Below are positions 1 to 11,604 of a stretch of DNA of 64,000 bases, in pieces. The position numbers and the translations under genes are program-made. The notes beneath the pieces are model-generated. The model was given only the letters and a program-made list of their open reading frames with translations, did no database searches and was not told where the DNA came from. Source of the stretch: Plasmodiophora brassicae (lineage: Eukaryota); NCBI GenBank assembly GCA_036867785.1, contig CP145409.1, positions 806,001-870,000 of the forward strand, read 5' to 3'. Every line of letters begins with the position of its first letter. The stretch's first letter is position 1.

Positions 1-1664
1 TGAAGAATCGCGCAGGTGGGCGGATGAGGAAAAGGCGGAAGCACCGGCCCATTGCCACGGGTCCTCAACGCCATTCGTGAACACCACGTTTGATACAGAC
101 ATGTCTGTAGGCAGCGGTCAGGTCGGTTACACAGCAGGAGCACGATGCAACCACACACCGAACCCACTGTACTCAATTGATGCACGATGACACGGGGGAG
201 GGAACGCGAGCACATCGCCGAATAACTTTTCGCAGCGGTCGCGATGCCATTCCATGTTGACCCGTTTAGAACGAATCGAATTCGTCCCTGGCGCGATCTG
301 GAACCAACCGACCTGACAGTGATTTCGTTTCAGGTCACAAACGCTGGACGTGCGCTCATGGTTACCTCATTGCATTTCATCCACCTAAGGAGCACATAGT
401 CATCAGACTGAATTCGAGACACCACAGCATATATTCGGAATTACCACCACTGCCGGCCGGACGAATCCGGTACCCATCGATGACTCGCCATAGTGTCGCT
501 GTCGTAATCTCCAGGAGAATTGCTCATCGAAGCGTAGAACGTACCCTGAACGAACTCTACAAACGCTGCGAGCCGATCGTCCCTGGATTCCTAAACTGCC
601 AATGAGAACTTACTTACTAGTATGGGCTCGGTGCTGTGTGGCAAACCGCTTGGACGATAGGGTCGCAGAGGGCTAATCGATGGCCGTACTGAATGGCTTC
701 AGCCATAGCATCAGCAATGAGGTACAAGAAGTCGGCATCCGACAATTGCGAGCACGAAAACAGGGCCTTCATTTCGTCAGCCAAGCGCCCACCCTCTTGA
801 AGTGCACCTTCCACCATTGCAGTGATCTTCGAGCACTGGCGTCAAATTCACATCGACACCACACGGCCATTTGTACACATTACGTCTTGCAGCGCGTGTG
901 TGCACGCTGGACCAGCTGATGATGCCACTTGCTCGTCGAATTCAGGGAACTCTGCAAACGGGGCAACCACAGCGCTCGATGCCAGTGCGCCTGCTGTCAG
1001 ATGCGGGTACTTCAGGCGATACCTGACGATTCGAATTCAGAGTCTGACCATTGGGCAGAGAGCCGATGGACCGCAGACCATGCTGCCAGAGCGCCGGGGT
1101 ATGATCCCCCGATTGTAATCCACTTGTTTGCATTCGCCCTGCCGATGTGCACGCGCTGGTACCAATCCGTGAAACAGGCGATGTCGCTCAAGGCTTGAAA
1201 GGTTGTCAGATAGGTGAGGTTACGAGGCGACAGGACGGAAAACGGGGACCTAGTTCGTCGTGATTCAGGTCATAACCTCCAGGCAAAACCATGCAGCTGT
1301 GGGTACGATTTGCCAAAGTATCGATGTTCGAGCACGAGGACGAGAGCGCCATAGCGTTCCGCGAGAGCTGATGGGAACTGGCGGCCATCCGTTACACCTG
1401 CACAGGTATATTCGCCGCAAAGCTGACGAACAGATCAGACAGCAGCCATCACCGCGGGACCCATCGGCAAACCTGAAGAATGACCGGGCCATCGGGTCCA
1501 CTCCAGAACTGATCGATGCGGAAGTACCTCTGCAAGAAACGAGCGCCGCCACCACCGATTGCAGTGTGGTCTACCAGCTGGTCCGGGAACACGTGCTCAG
1601 TCTGGACGTACGCGTGCCCCTGCCATGCCAGATAGGCGATCGCCCACAGCGCAATCCGCATCAT
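1..1664 (-). CDS. Serine peptidase family S28 (Pro-X carboxypeptidase-like), secreted; multi-exon, 3' end runs off the window
   Basis: Signal peptide MMRIALWAIAYLAWQGHA; FPDQLVDH...FLQRY; LVLVLEHRYFGKSYP; C-terminal NVVFTNGVEDPW read near 55-95 on the minus strand. Confidence 0.85.
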
Positions 1665-1935
1665 CACCAATGTACTCCTACTACCCAACATGCGGTCGCA
1701 GGGTGCGGGCGGCGGCGGCACCGATTCGGACACACGGTGGCACTGGGTGCGGGACGCCGCAGAAGCAGGCACCGCGCAAGCCACCAAAGTGGGTGTGCCG
1801 TGTGTGCCGTCTGCCAACGCGCTGAACCGTCAAAAGCCCAATTTCACAACGGGGTGTGGGTCGGGAGCGGCCTTTCTGTCAGACGTATTTTTGGTCGTGG
1901 GTCGCTGACGGTCGTCAAGCGACGTGACGGCAGAG

Positions 1936-4178
1936 ATGTCGAGCGCGGCGGCGTGTGTGCTGCTCCTGCTATGTGCTTCGGCGACGTTGACGTCGTCGTT
2001 TTACCTGCCCGGTGTCGCGCCGCGCCAGTTCGAGAAGGGCGAGCCCATCGACCTCAAGGTCAAGGAGCTGAACTCGGTCCAGACGCAGTTACCGTACGAC
2101 TACTACGACCTGCCGTTCTGTCGCCCGCCCGAGATCAAGCATTTCGCGGAGAACCTGGGCGAGGTCCTGTCTGGTGACTCCATTGAGAACTCCCCGTACG
2201 AGATCAAGATGGGCATGCCAGAGACCTGCAAAGTGCTCTGCGGGACACCGCTGTCGAGGACCAACGCCGCCGAGGCATTCATCTCCAAGATTCAGGAGGA
2301 TTACCGCGTTAACTGGTTGGTGCCGCGCGTTCTTGGAGCGCGGACGGCTTCTCTAATTTCCGTCCCGCCTTCCTAGGATCATTGACAACTTGCCAGCAGC
2401 GATGAAGTACAAGCTGTCTCCTGCGGATGGGACCGAAGGACAGCTGACCGAAGAAGAAGCAACTGTGTACGAGCAGGGGTTCCCTCTTGGGTTCATTGGT
2501 GGACCCGATGCGCCGCAACCTTCGGTGCCGGGTGAAGTGTACATCAACAACCATGTTACCATTAACTTGCTCTATCATGACGACCCGGCCTCCTACAAAG
2601 GCAGCAGGTATTTGTTTTAATTAATGGAGATATCAGGCCGATGCTGACTGATTTGTACAGGATTGTCGGCTTCGAAGTCGTCCCGCTCAGCATTCGCCAT
2701 GAGTACCAAGGAGAATGGCCATCGGATCCCGTCAAGGAGAAGGCCATGAAAGTCGAGTGCCACCCATCGAAGGTTGAAGCGATGAGCCTTACAAATGTAT
2801 GATCTGGATGAACCCGCGAACCTACACCGTGCTGACTCCTGCTTGCAGGCCGGTGGTGCTTCCCATCTGATCTGGACGTACAGTTTCGAGTTCCACCCGT
2901 CGCCAATCAAGTGGGCCTCACGATGGGACCTGTACCTGAAGATGACTGATTCCAAGATCCACTGGCTTTCCATTGTCAACTCGTTGATGATCGTGCTGTT
3001 CCTGACCGGAATGGTCGCCATGATCATGATGCGCACTCTGCACCGCGACTTCCGAAGGTACAACGAGCTGGACCAGGAAGAGGATAACCAGCAGGAGGAG
3101 ACCGGATGGAAGCTTGTCCATGGAGATGTTTTCAGGCCGCCCCCTCACGGTGGCCTCTTTGCCGTTCTGGTCGGCAGCGGTGTCCAGGTCACGCTGATGG
3201 CTGTCATCACCATGTTCTTCGCGGTCCTGGGATTCCTTTCGCCTGCGAACCGTGGTGGCCTAATGACTGCTCTTGTTCTCTTGTTCGTTTTCATGGGCGT
3301 TGCTGCAGGTATCTGTGAACAGTGTCGATTCGCCATACAATATCGTCTCTGACGTTGCTTTTTCTAGGCTATTATTCCGCGAGGACGTACAAGATGTTTG
3401 GTCTTCTTGAGTGGCGTAAGAACACGTTGGTTACGGCGCTGGCGTTCCCCGGTTACAATTTCGGTGTGTTCTTCGTTCTCAACCTGATCGTCTGGGCGAA
3501 GCACAGTTCCGGGGCAGTTCCGTTCGGGACTTTGTTCGCTCTTCTCATCCTCTGGTTTGGCATTTCTGTCCCGCTTGTGTACCTTGGCAGGTGGGTCCGG
3601 GGTCCCAACCAATTCTTCGGAAACCACTATTCTGACGGTCCGCGTGCATCAGTTACTTTGGATATAAAAAGCCAGCGGACCAGCTCCCTGTGAAGGTCAA
3701 CCAAATTCCTCGCCAGATCCCAACCCAGAGCTGGTACATGCGCCCTGCCTTCTCGCTGATTGTCGGTGGTATGCTTCCGTTTGGGGCTGTCTTCATCGAA
3801 GTCTTCTTCATCATGTCGAGCTTGTGGCTTCATCGCTTCTACTATATGTTCGGTTTCTTGGTCATCGTGTTCGTGATTCTTGCGATCACGTGTGCGGAAA
3901 TCACCATCGTTATGTGCTACTTCCATCTCTGCAGCGAGGACTACCAGTGGTGGTGGCGGGCGTTCTTCACGTCGGGTGCGTCGGCAGGGTACCTGTTTGC
4001 GTACTCTATCATGTACTTTGCAACAAACCTGAAGATCCACGAAGTCGCATCGACGATGCTCTTCTTTGGGTATATGTCACTTATTTCGACCGCGTTCTTC
4101 CTTGTTACGGGCACCATCGGCTACTTTGCCACGCTGGCGTTCGTCAAGAAGATCTACGGTTCGATCAAGGTCGATTGA
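1936..4178 (+). CDS. Transmembrane 9 superfamily (nonaspanin/EMP70) protein
   Basis: Signal peptide + FYLPGVAP, QLPYDYYDLPFC, ENLGEVLSGD, WASRWDLYL, IHWLSIVNS, GWKLVHGDVFRPP, C-terminal IYGSIKVD; several short GT-AG introns. Confidence 0.96.
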
Positions 4179-4419
4179 TTCGCTTCTGTCGGCTACATCC
4201 GCTCTTCAACGGCCTGGAAGCCCATGTCAAAATGCTATATGTCCACTAACAAGCCCGCGTTCAATAAAGTTGCGGTCTTGATGGTCTCTACAGATAGTGC
4301 CGATCAGTGAGGGCCTCCCGGGCACATTGCCTCAGTGCAATGTTGAACCGAGGGTACGTGGAGATGGATGCGTGCCCCTCCCCACAGTGCCATGAAATGG
4401 GGGTACTTATCCTGGTCAC

Positions 4420-4953
4420 CTAGAGAATACGGTGTATTGGTTCCGAGTTCATGATCCGCTCCAGCTGTTTGTAACCGACGCGGCCTTGCTGGCTGCCAGC
4501 GACGTACTCAAACGCCGCTCTTGCATCGGCGAGGGAAACTAGAGGAGCCGCCGACCGGGCCGCGTCAACGAAGTCGGCCTCGTCAATGAACCCTTTGCCT
4601 GCACGATCTAGCGCGGCGAACACCTCCCGTGCCGATTCGTGCCTTGGCAGGCGCCTCAGAAGCGGCAGCGTCACCTGTATGAACCGCTCCAGGTCCACCC
4701 CATTGCCACCTGTTCCGATCATCACGTCGACGTCTTCCGTCGCCGGCCTGAACCCGAACAGGTACTGCCTGTGTGCGCCCGGTTTGTCAGAGCTCGCACA
4801 TGTCTTCTGATGCTGAACGGTGTACCATGCCATCTTCACTTGCGTCCGGTTCAGGCGATGCAACCCGTCCCGGTCCAACATGTCGAACGTGCGACGTAGG
4901 CAGCGCACCATGGCCCGCTCTTCCCTATTGTCGTCGTCGCGTTCCCCGCCCAT
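4420..4953 (-). CDS. EFCAB11: EF-hand calcium-binding protein, EFCAB11-like
   Basis: FDMLDRDG, YLFGFRP, EVFAALDRAGKGFIDEADF..A..AAP pattern; probable in-frame intron around 4765-4825. Confidence 0.7.
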   Translation of the reverse strand: MGGERDDDNREERAMVRCLRRTFDMLDRDGLHRLNRTQVKMAWYTVQHQKTCASSDKPGAHRQYLFGFRPATEDVDVMIGTGGNGVDLERFIQVTLPLLRRLPRHESAREVFAALDRAGKGFIDEADFVDAARSAAPLVSLADARAAFEYVAGSQQGRVGYKQLERIMNSEPIHRIL

Positions 4954-5181
4954 GATCGATGCCCTCCTGTTCTAGGTAGGACCTGCGCAACCTCCCACCG
5001 CCTGCCGCCTTCGTCACAGTGGATCACTCCCACCCATCTCTCACGGCACCGATGAGGGCCGTCCCGATCCCCACCCGCGCGTGCTCATGTCAGATCGTCA
5101 ACGGTACCCTGAACATGTTCCGGTCTTGATAGTCGGCTGTCGGTGGATAACGTCCAACCGGGAACGTTGGGCAACGGCATC

Positions 5182-5844
5182 ATGGAGGACGACATCCACG
5201 CAATGCTGGCCAGCATTGACGAAGCGCTGGGTGCCGCTATACCGACCCGGACGTCTCCGCCTCCTGCCGCGAGCTGGGCGAAACCCGACCGTCCAGCAGT
5301 CACTCGGTCGCCGAACCAACTGCCAGTGTGCCATATGACAGACGACGATCTCGACCAGATGCTGCTAGATATCGATGCCGACCTGGACACGGCCGCACCC
5401 GACGCCCCGCTGTCTACACCTGGCAAGGGCAACTCAGGGTTTCGGAAGTGCACCGTCGTCATGCTAGGTCAGACACCAGCCGCATGCTCCAACCTACGAT
5501 GTACCATGTGCGACCACGTCGTCGTGCGCATTGTCAAACGCGAGTGGGACCCATCCTGCGACTACTTCTTCTTTCGTAGTAAGCCTCGAACCGGCTGCGT
5601 TGCTCTGCCGTCGTTGACGTGTGTGTGCCGCAGACAACGTACCAGATCTGACCAAACTCGGTCGCAAACTCAGAGATGCCCCACGTAAGCGCTATGGTGT
5701 GTGCTCCTGTCGGAACGTGCCGGTTGATGTTCTTAACCAGGTTCAACGGCCTACGCCTGCCAGTGCTCATGGACGACGGCAACGAACACGGTGGCCATCA
5801 CGTCGAGTTCGCCGCATAAATGGGTCTGTGCAGGGCACAGCTGA
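5182..5844 (+). CDS. CFAP418: Cilia- and flagella-associated protein 418 (C8orf37, RMP domain)
   Basis: After removing two introns: CSNLRCTMCDHVV..WDPSCDYFFFRNNVPDLTKL...AYACQCSW...WVCAGH-S-stop. Confidence 0.88.
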
Positions 5845-5914
5845 ACGATAGACGAGAGAGTCGATGCGTCACGCGGGCCGGCACTCTCGACACGATATGA
5901 GGCTAGAGGCGCGT

Positions 5915-8900
5915 TTACAGTTTAGTAGTGATGTGCTTCGAGGGACGTCTTCGATCATTGTAGGATTCCGCTCGTCGCAGCATGCGATCCTGGGACGACG
6001 CGCGTCGCCCCACCCGCGTTAATTCCAGATCGGTCATCGAACCCTGTTGCACAGTGGTCGTCCCAACGACCACCGAGACGAGGTTGGAGCTGAACCTGTT
6101 CGGTAGCCGGGACAGCACCTGCAGGCTGCTGCACAATGTGGATTCGTCTCGGAACAGCGACGTGATGACGGCGATGTCCTCCACCCCGCTCCCGCCTCGC
6201 ACCGCCCTGGCTTTCTTATCGCATACGGTCGCCAGCACGAACGCGTGGTCGTCTTTGGACACGACAGCGTCCGGTGGCGGGTTGCTGAAGATGTAGGGGA
6301 TCGGCGACCCGTATCGTTTCTTGTCGCGGAACAGCCCGATGCAGATGAACCCGTAGACGTCTGCGAACCATCGCGACAGCTCCGGGAACGGCTTGCCACC
6401 GAACCGTTCCGGGACGGCCACCAGCGCCACCTGCATATGCCACGAACGATGCCCCGGGGTGGGCGTCCCGAACAGCAGAGCGTTCACGATGTGGAAGATG
6501 TGCGGACAGTGGAAGCACATGGCGGCCATCGACTGTGGTGTCCCGGCCAGATGCACTGTCGCGAATCGGTCAGAACAAGGGAAGCGAGTGGGTTCGCACT
6601 CGCGACCCCACCTTTGGCGTCTGCTGCAGCGCTGCTGAATTTCAGGTCGGATTGGAGAAGCGGCAACGGTGCATTCCATTGCGCCTGCGCTCTGCCGTTC
6701 GTCGAGTGGGCATCGTACAGGTTGGGCCTGAGGAATTTGAGGTTGCTCTTGAACTGCAGCTGGAACATGACGTTGGAAGCGTTCGGGTTCTTGCGTTTGG
6801 CCAGGAATCGTTCCAGAGCGATCAGGTTGGTGATGGCCGCCACGTCCGTATCGACGACCATCTCGTAGTGCCTCGTCGCGTGGGCTTGCAGGTTCCGATC
6901 CACGCCGTTGGCCGGGTTCGAAAACATTATCGTATGACTCGCCGCGATCTACGACACCGATTAGAAACGACATCATGGCATTCCCGATGACGCATACGAG
7001 ATTGATTCGGAGAAGCAGGTCGTCGTCGTTTAGGCTGCCGATGACCATGTAGACGTCTTCGAATTGGCCAATGGCCTCCCGTATGGCAAGGTCGGGAAGA
7101 TGGTCCGGGACGATGACGATCGGGATCCGCCCTCGTTGGTACTGCTGCGATTTCCTGAACGTGAACAGGAACGTGCAGATGCGGATGTCGATGAAGCCGG
7201 TGATGATGATGTGGTCGCTGAACTCGACGCTGTCAATGGGGATGATCGGTGGCAGGTTCCGTTTCCTGTCCGTTTTGATGGCCGGCATAGACAGCCCATG
7301 CAGCGTGCCCGAATCCATTTGAAACGCGCTCTGCAGCGATCGTTTCGGGTCGCTAGTCACCCTCTTGCTCAGCTCGCTGGTCTGCTTCTTGCGGTCCAGG
7401 AACGTCCTGGCGGCGTCGATCGCCGTCTGTTCGCCGGCTTCCGGCATGGTAAACGTGGCCACCTTGGCACTGTGCTCAATGCTGCACACACAGAGACATA
7501 CACACCGGCGTTTGATAAGCTTCGAATACGCCCGAGCAACAGGAACGCACCTTCGTGCAATAACGTAGACGAGTTCGCCGGCTTCTATGACGCGATCCTG
7601 CGGGTTCAGTGCAACCCCGAGCGTGCCATGCTGGTCCCGAGTGGTCAACGCGATTGGAATGATGCCCAGCTTCTCCTGCAACATCAACGCGGCATCGCGA
7701 AACATCCGCCCATGGAAGTACTGGCTGAACACAGTTGGAACAACGGAGTGACTGGCGCCCCATTCATCTACCAACCACAGTCAGCAATGGTTCGTAGATG
7801 TAAAATGATGAGCGATACATTCGTCGATCCAGTTCGTGAGTGGGACCTGTTGTACCGATGGCGCGTTGTAGGATTGGAGCAGGTTGCCGACCAGGACGTG
7901 GAACCCAGGGCACAGGCACGACTGGGCCAGCAGCGCTACCGATAGCTGGTTGCTGCAAATGAGCTGGACGTTCGGGAACTTGTTGACCGTTCGCCACAGG
8001 ATATGGTCCTGGACTTCGGGGTTGTTCACCTGGACGTAAACGGGCACGTTCGGGCACACGTTCTTCACCGAGATCGCTGCCAGCAACGACTCGTTGTCCT
8101 CGTCGATCTCTTGTTGTCGGGTGACGCATGACCGGTGTGGCAACGTGAACACGGCCGACGCCAGCGATAACGCGCACCGGTGCAGATCGTTGTCCTCGTG
8201 CACCGACCCGATCACCAGGTCGACTAGGTCGGCATAGGGTGTCGTTTTCAACGATGCTGTCAGCAACTTCAACGTTCGTTTTCGCCCGAGAATCACGACC
8301 CGGTAAGGAGACGGCCCATGGAATGTGTGGAAGAACTCAGAGAGAAACTCGTGGATCTCCTCGATGGCGAAAGGACCCTGCAGAATGAGGATCACGTGCT
8401 GGTGAAGGTCGCTCGGCACGAATTGTGACAGAGTGTTGCCAGTCTGACGCGACAGCTCAATCGTGCGCATCGCTTGCATTGGAATCAATGTCCAGGTTGC
8501 AATCGCCACCAGCACGGTGAACAGTCGTGATCGGACGTTTGTCGGCATGACCTGGCGACGCACCGTCAGTGCATAATTGTTCGCCCCAAACGACGTCTCA
8601 CTCAAGCTAACCTCGCCGAATCCGACCGTGGTCATCGTCTGAGCGATGAAGTAGCAACTGTTGAAGAACGTGATGTCTCCCTGCAGCATCTGGAAGATGG
8701 CGGCGAACATGACGACGATGGCCGAGCCGATGACGAGCGTTACGGCGATCTGCTGCTGGACACTGTCTCGCAGCAGGACGATAACGCGATACACGCGAAC
8801 GACACGAACCACCCGCAGAACACGCAGAGCTTTCAGGGATTTGAACACGCGGATCACAGCTATGTTGGACCTGGCAAGGCCGACCACCGAGTCGAAGCCG

Positions 8901-9359
8901 TTGTCGCCTGGGCTGGCGATCAGCGGTATCACGGACAACAGGTCGACGATGCCTTCCTTGGTGAAAAGGAACTGATACCCGCGAGCAAACAGGCTGATAC
9001 AGAAGTCGACAGCGAACATGATGGCCAGGACCAACTCAATCGTGGATACGATCGTGCTGTTTGGGAAGTACGATGACACGACGAACAGAACGGTGCTGGT
9101 TATGCCGGCAAACTAACGTTCCGGAGGTCAGTGCGCGTTGGTGTTTCTTACCAGGAAGGTGCCAGACCGCTAGCGTAACATCTACGATGCTTCGGATGGC
9201 GGATGACTCGTAGGCGGTGACGGCGCGCTTGTACATGTTGACTTCGTTGCGCATTATCTTCAGGAACCCATTGTATAGGTCATCGCCGTAACTGGATATC
9301 GACCGGTCATCGCCGCTCTCGGCGGCAGCGACACCACCGGGCGCTTCACCGGCGATCAT
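5915..9359 (-). CDS. Slo/BK-type potassium channel (6TM voltage sensor + pore + RCK domains)
   Basis: S4 LRVLRVVRVVRVYR; pore TMTTVGFG; RCK motifs (HVIL, EFLSEFFH, GSV...DLHRC, SVKN..P, LLAQSCLCPG, CIGLFR, YIFSNPP); several introns. Confidence 0.9.
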
Positions 9360-9736
9360 CGCCGCGACGTCTGCACGACGCGGTCGTCTAGCCGCCCACC
9401 TGTCCCCTTAATCATAATGATCGTATCATGGGGGTACACGCGTGAGACCGGCGCCGGTGACCGCCACACGTCAACGTTCACAATAGTACAAACGTCTGGT
9501 TCGTCCCACTCTTGCTCACTGCATGGGTCAGTGTCGTTGCCGGACAGACAGGCCGCACTGCGTACGATTCGATTCAGTTCGCAATTCTCACAACGGGCCA
9601 CGGGGGCTGCTACGTCTGCCAGTGCCACTGGCCCACGGCCCACGGCAGTCGGCACTGGCGGCTACCCTCCACGGACTACCGTCGACTACGAACTACCGTA
9701 GTAGTTGTACCCCCACTTCGGCAAACTGTGATTTTG

Positions 9737-11380
9737 ATGTCAGCTCCAGTTGCGGTCGTCGTGGTCCGGCTCGTGCGATGTCTGGTACTAATGTCTATTG
9801 CTGCGCCTGCCTCCTGGAGCGTGGTCGCCGAATCAATGGCAGCCCTGCGAAACGACACGGCAGTAATCTCGAGGACGTCGCCTCCTCGTGCAGGCACTTC
9901 AGCGCCGACCGACAACCCCTGGCTCCACTGTTCGACTTCGTGGACGCCTGCTGGAGGTCCCTATATCTCCATATCGCAGGATACAGACCTCGCCGACTTT
10001 GATGCTGACTCGTTTCTTCTCTACGCCGACCCTGTCAATCATTGTGATCCTTCGCTGAGTGCGTGTCCCACTACGGCTCAATCTGTCGCTGATGGGTCAT
10101 TGTCGACAAACCAACATGCATCTTCAGTAGTCGATACGACCTGTCCGGCCTCCCTGATCGCTTGTTCGAACTGCAATGGCAACGACCACATCAGTTGCTG
10201 TCGCTGCGCTCGGTCTTGCGCTGGTGCTCAGTGTTGGGAAAGCACCTCCTTGTGCAATGCGCCTGGCTCCGTTGGTTCTCGACCACACGTTCCGGTCGGA
10301 TTCGGTTGGTGCGATTGGGGGCTCTTTACCAATCAACACGGCGTGGAATACCTGATAGGTCCCACTTCAGGTATATTGCATCCATCAAGCTGTCAGCTCC
10401 AAGTGCCAGCCTACCATAACGACGGCTTAAATGTTCTTCGAGTTGATGCGCGGATCCGGTCTAACCCCAGCACATTAGACCTAGTGAACTCTCGGAACTC
10501 GAACGGCTGTGCGGGTTGGGACTGGTTTGATCCATGCGCCGATGCGCTCCATTTCTCATGTCCCAGTTGCTGTCCAGCTCGACAGTCCTACCATCATTAC
10601 CGCATTTCCTGCCACCATTGGTGGAGTTGCATTGCAGATTGCTGTGCAGCCCCCAGCACCGACCACTGTTCGCAGGCACAGGGAAATTCAGGAGCGATTG
10701 GCGAGTCCGGTTCTGCTGATCCAAATGATTCATTGTGTCACCGGATAAGCCCCAGCTCAGTTCCTGTCAGAAGCAAGAAATCGACCAGACGAATCCGTCA
10801 GCGATGCGTGCACGGCATAACTCAGGGCTTCTGCATGGAATGCGACGGGACTGGCTTTTGTGAGCATGGACATCGAACGCGCCAGTGCGAGGATTGTCGT
10901 GCGAGTAGCATCTGTGTGCATGGACGGCCGAAGTGGCTCTGTACGGAGTGTGACGGCATGAGACTCTACAAGAACGGGCGCAAGGCGCGCAACGGAAAAG
11001 GGACTTGTCTACGTCAGATGCACACGCGCAAGAAGAGCGGGATTAAAACCTTGTGCGAGCATGGGCGGCAGAAGAGCCGCTGCAGGGACTGCGGCGGATC
11101 TAGCTTCTGTGTCCATCGGCAATACAAGTACTACTGCAAAGAATGCGGCGGGAACGGCGTCTGTCACCATGGGCGCCGGAAAAGCGACTGCAAGGAGTGT
11201 GGTGGAACTCGCTTCTGTGTTCATGGACGGTGGAAATATAATTGCAGGCCGTGCGGTGGTAGACGGTTCTGTAGTCATGGGCAACGGAGGTACACGTGTA
11301 ACGAATGTGCTCGCAAGGTCGAAAGCCGCCTCGCTGCAAGGTCTGGGGTGGTGGAGACGTCTGTCTGCATGGGGCCGTAA
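9737..11380 (+). CDS. Intronless Cys-rich protein with N-terminal hydrophobic leader and eight CxH-x6-CxxC repeats (putative Zn-binding)
   Basis: Long open frame (first ATG 9737); leader MSAPVAVVVVRLVRCLVLMSIAAPASW; basic patch RSKKSTRRIRQR; 18-aa periodic C-terminal repeats. Confidence 0.7.
   Translation: MSAPVAVVVVRLVRCLVLMSIAAPASWSVVAESMAALRNDTAVISRTSPPRAGTSAPTDNPWLHCSTSWTPAGGPYISISQDTDLADFDADSFLLYADPVNHCDPSLSACPTTAQSVADGSLSTNQHASSVVDTTCPASLIACSNCNGNDHISCCRCARSCAGAQCWESTSLCNAPGSVGSRPHVPVGFGWCDWGLFTNQHGVEYLIGPTSGILHPSSCQLQVPAYHNDGLNVLRVDARIRSNPSTLDLVNSRNSNGCAGWDWFDPCADALHFSCPSCCPARQSYHHYRISCHHWWSCIADCCAAPSTDHCSQAQGNSGAIGESGSADPNDSLCHRISPSSVPVRSKKSTRRIRQRCVHGITQGFCMECDGTGFCEHGHRTRQCEDCRASSICVHGRPKWLCTECDGMRLYKNGRKARNGKGTCLRQMHTRKKSGIKTLCEHGRQKSRCRDCGGSSFCVHRQYKYYCKECGGNGVCHHGRRKSDCKECGGTRFCVHGRWKYNCRPCGGRRFCSHGQRRYTCNECARKVESRLAARSGVVETSVCMGP
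10805..11308 (+). repeat. Coding tandem repeat, 54-nt/18-aa unit (C-x-H-x6-C-x2-C-x5), 3 + 5 copies
   Basis: CVHGITQGFCMEC, CEHGHRTRQCEDC, CVHGRPKWLCTEC, CEHGRQKSRCRDC, CVHRQYKYYCKEC, CHHGRRKSDCKEC, CVHGRWKYNCRPC, CSHGQRRYTCNEC. Confidence 0.92.
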
Positions 11381-11604
11381 GCCCATGTGCAACCTTTGTG
11401 GAAGTACCGTCACCTGAATGCACGCGCAACGCAAGCGTCGTGTGTGCAACGTTTACCGGATAAAATACATTGTTGCCGTTTTAGCTGCCCTGGAAGCGAT
11501 GCGCTGTGCGCGTGTGCGCCCAGACTTGGCATTCCTGAGCAGGAGGCCCCTTCTGATCATACGGCCATTGCGTCTCGAATTCCCTGATGAATCCAACCGT
11601 CCGA

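Noticed and set aside
4299-4415. U1 snRNA-like loops (GCC-GATCAGTGAG-GGC; GCAC-ATTGCCTCA-GTGC) and TACTTATCCTGG
   Set aside because: The 5'-end-like motif lies downstream rather than upstream, stem II is too short and there is no Sm site; the region is probably convergent 3' UTRs
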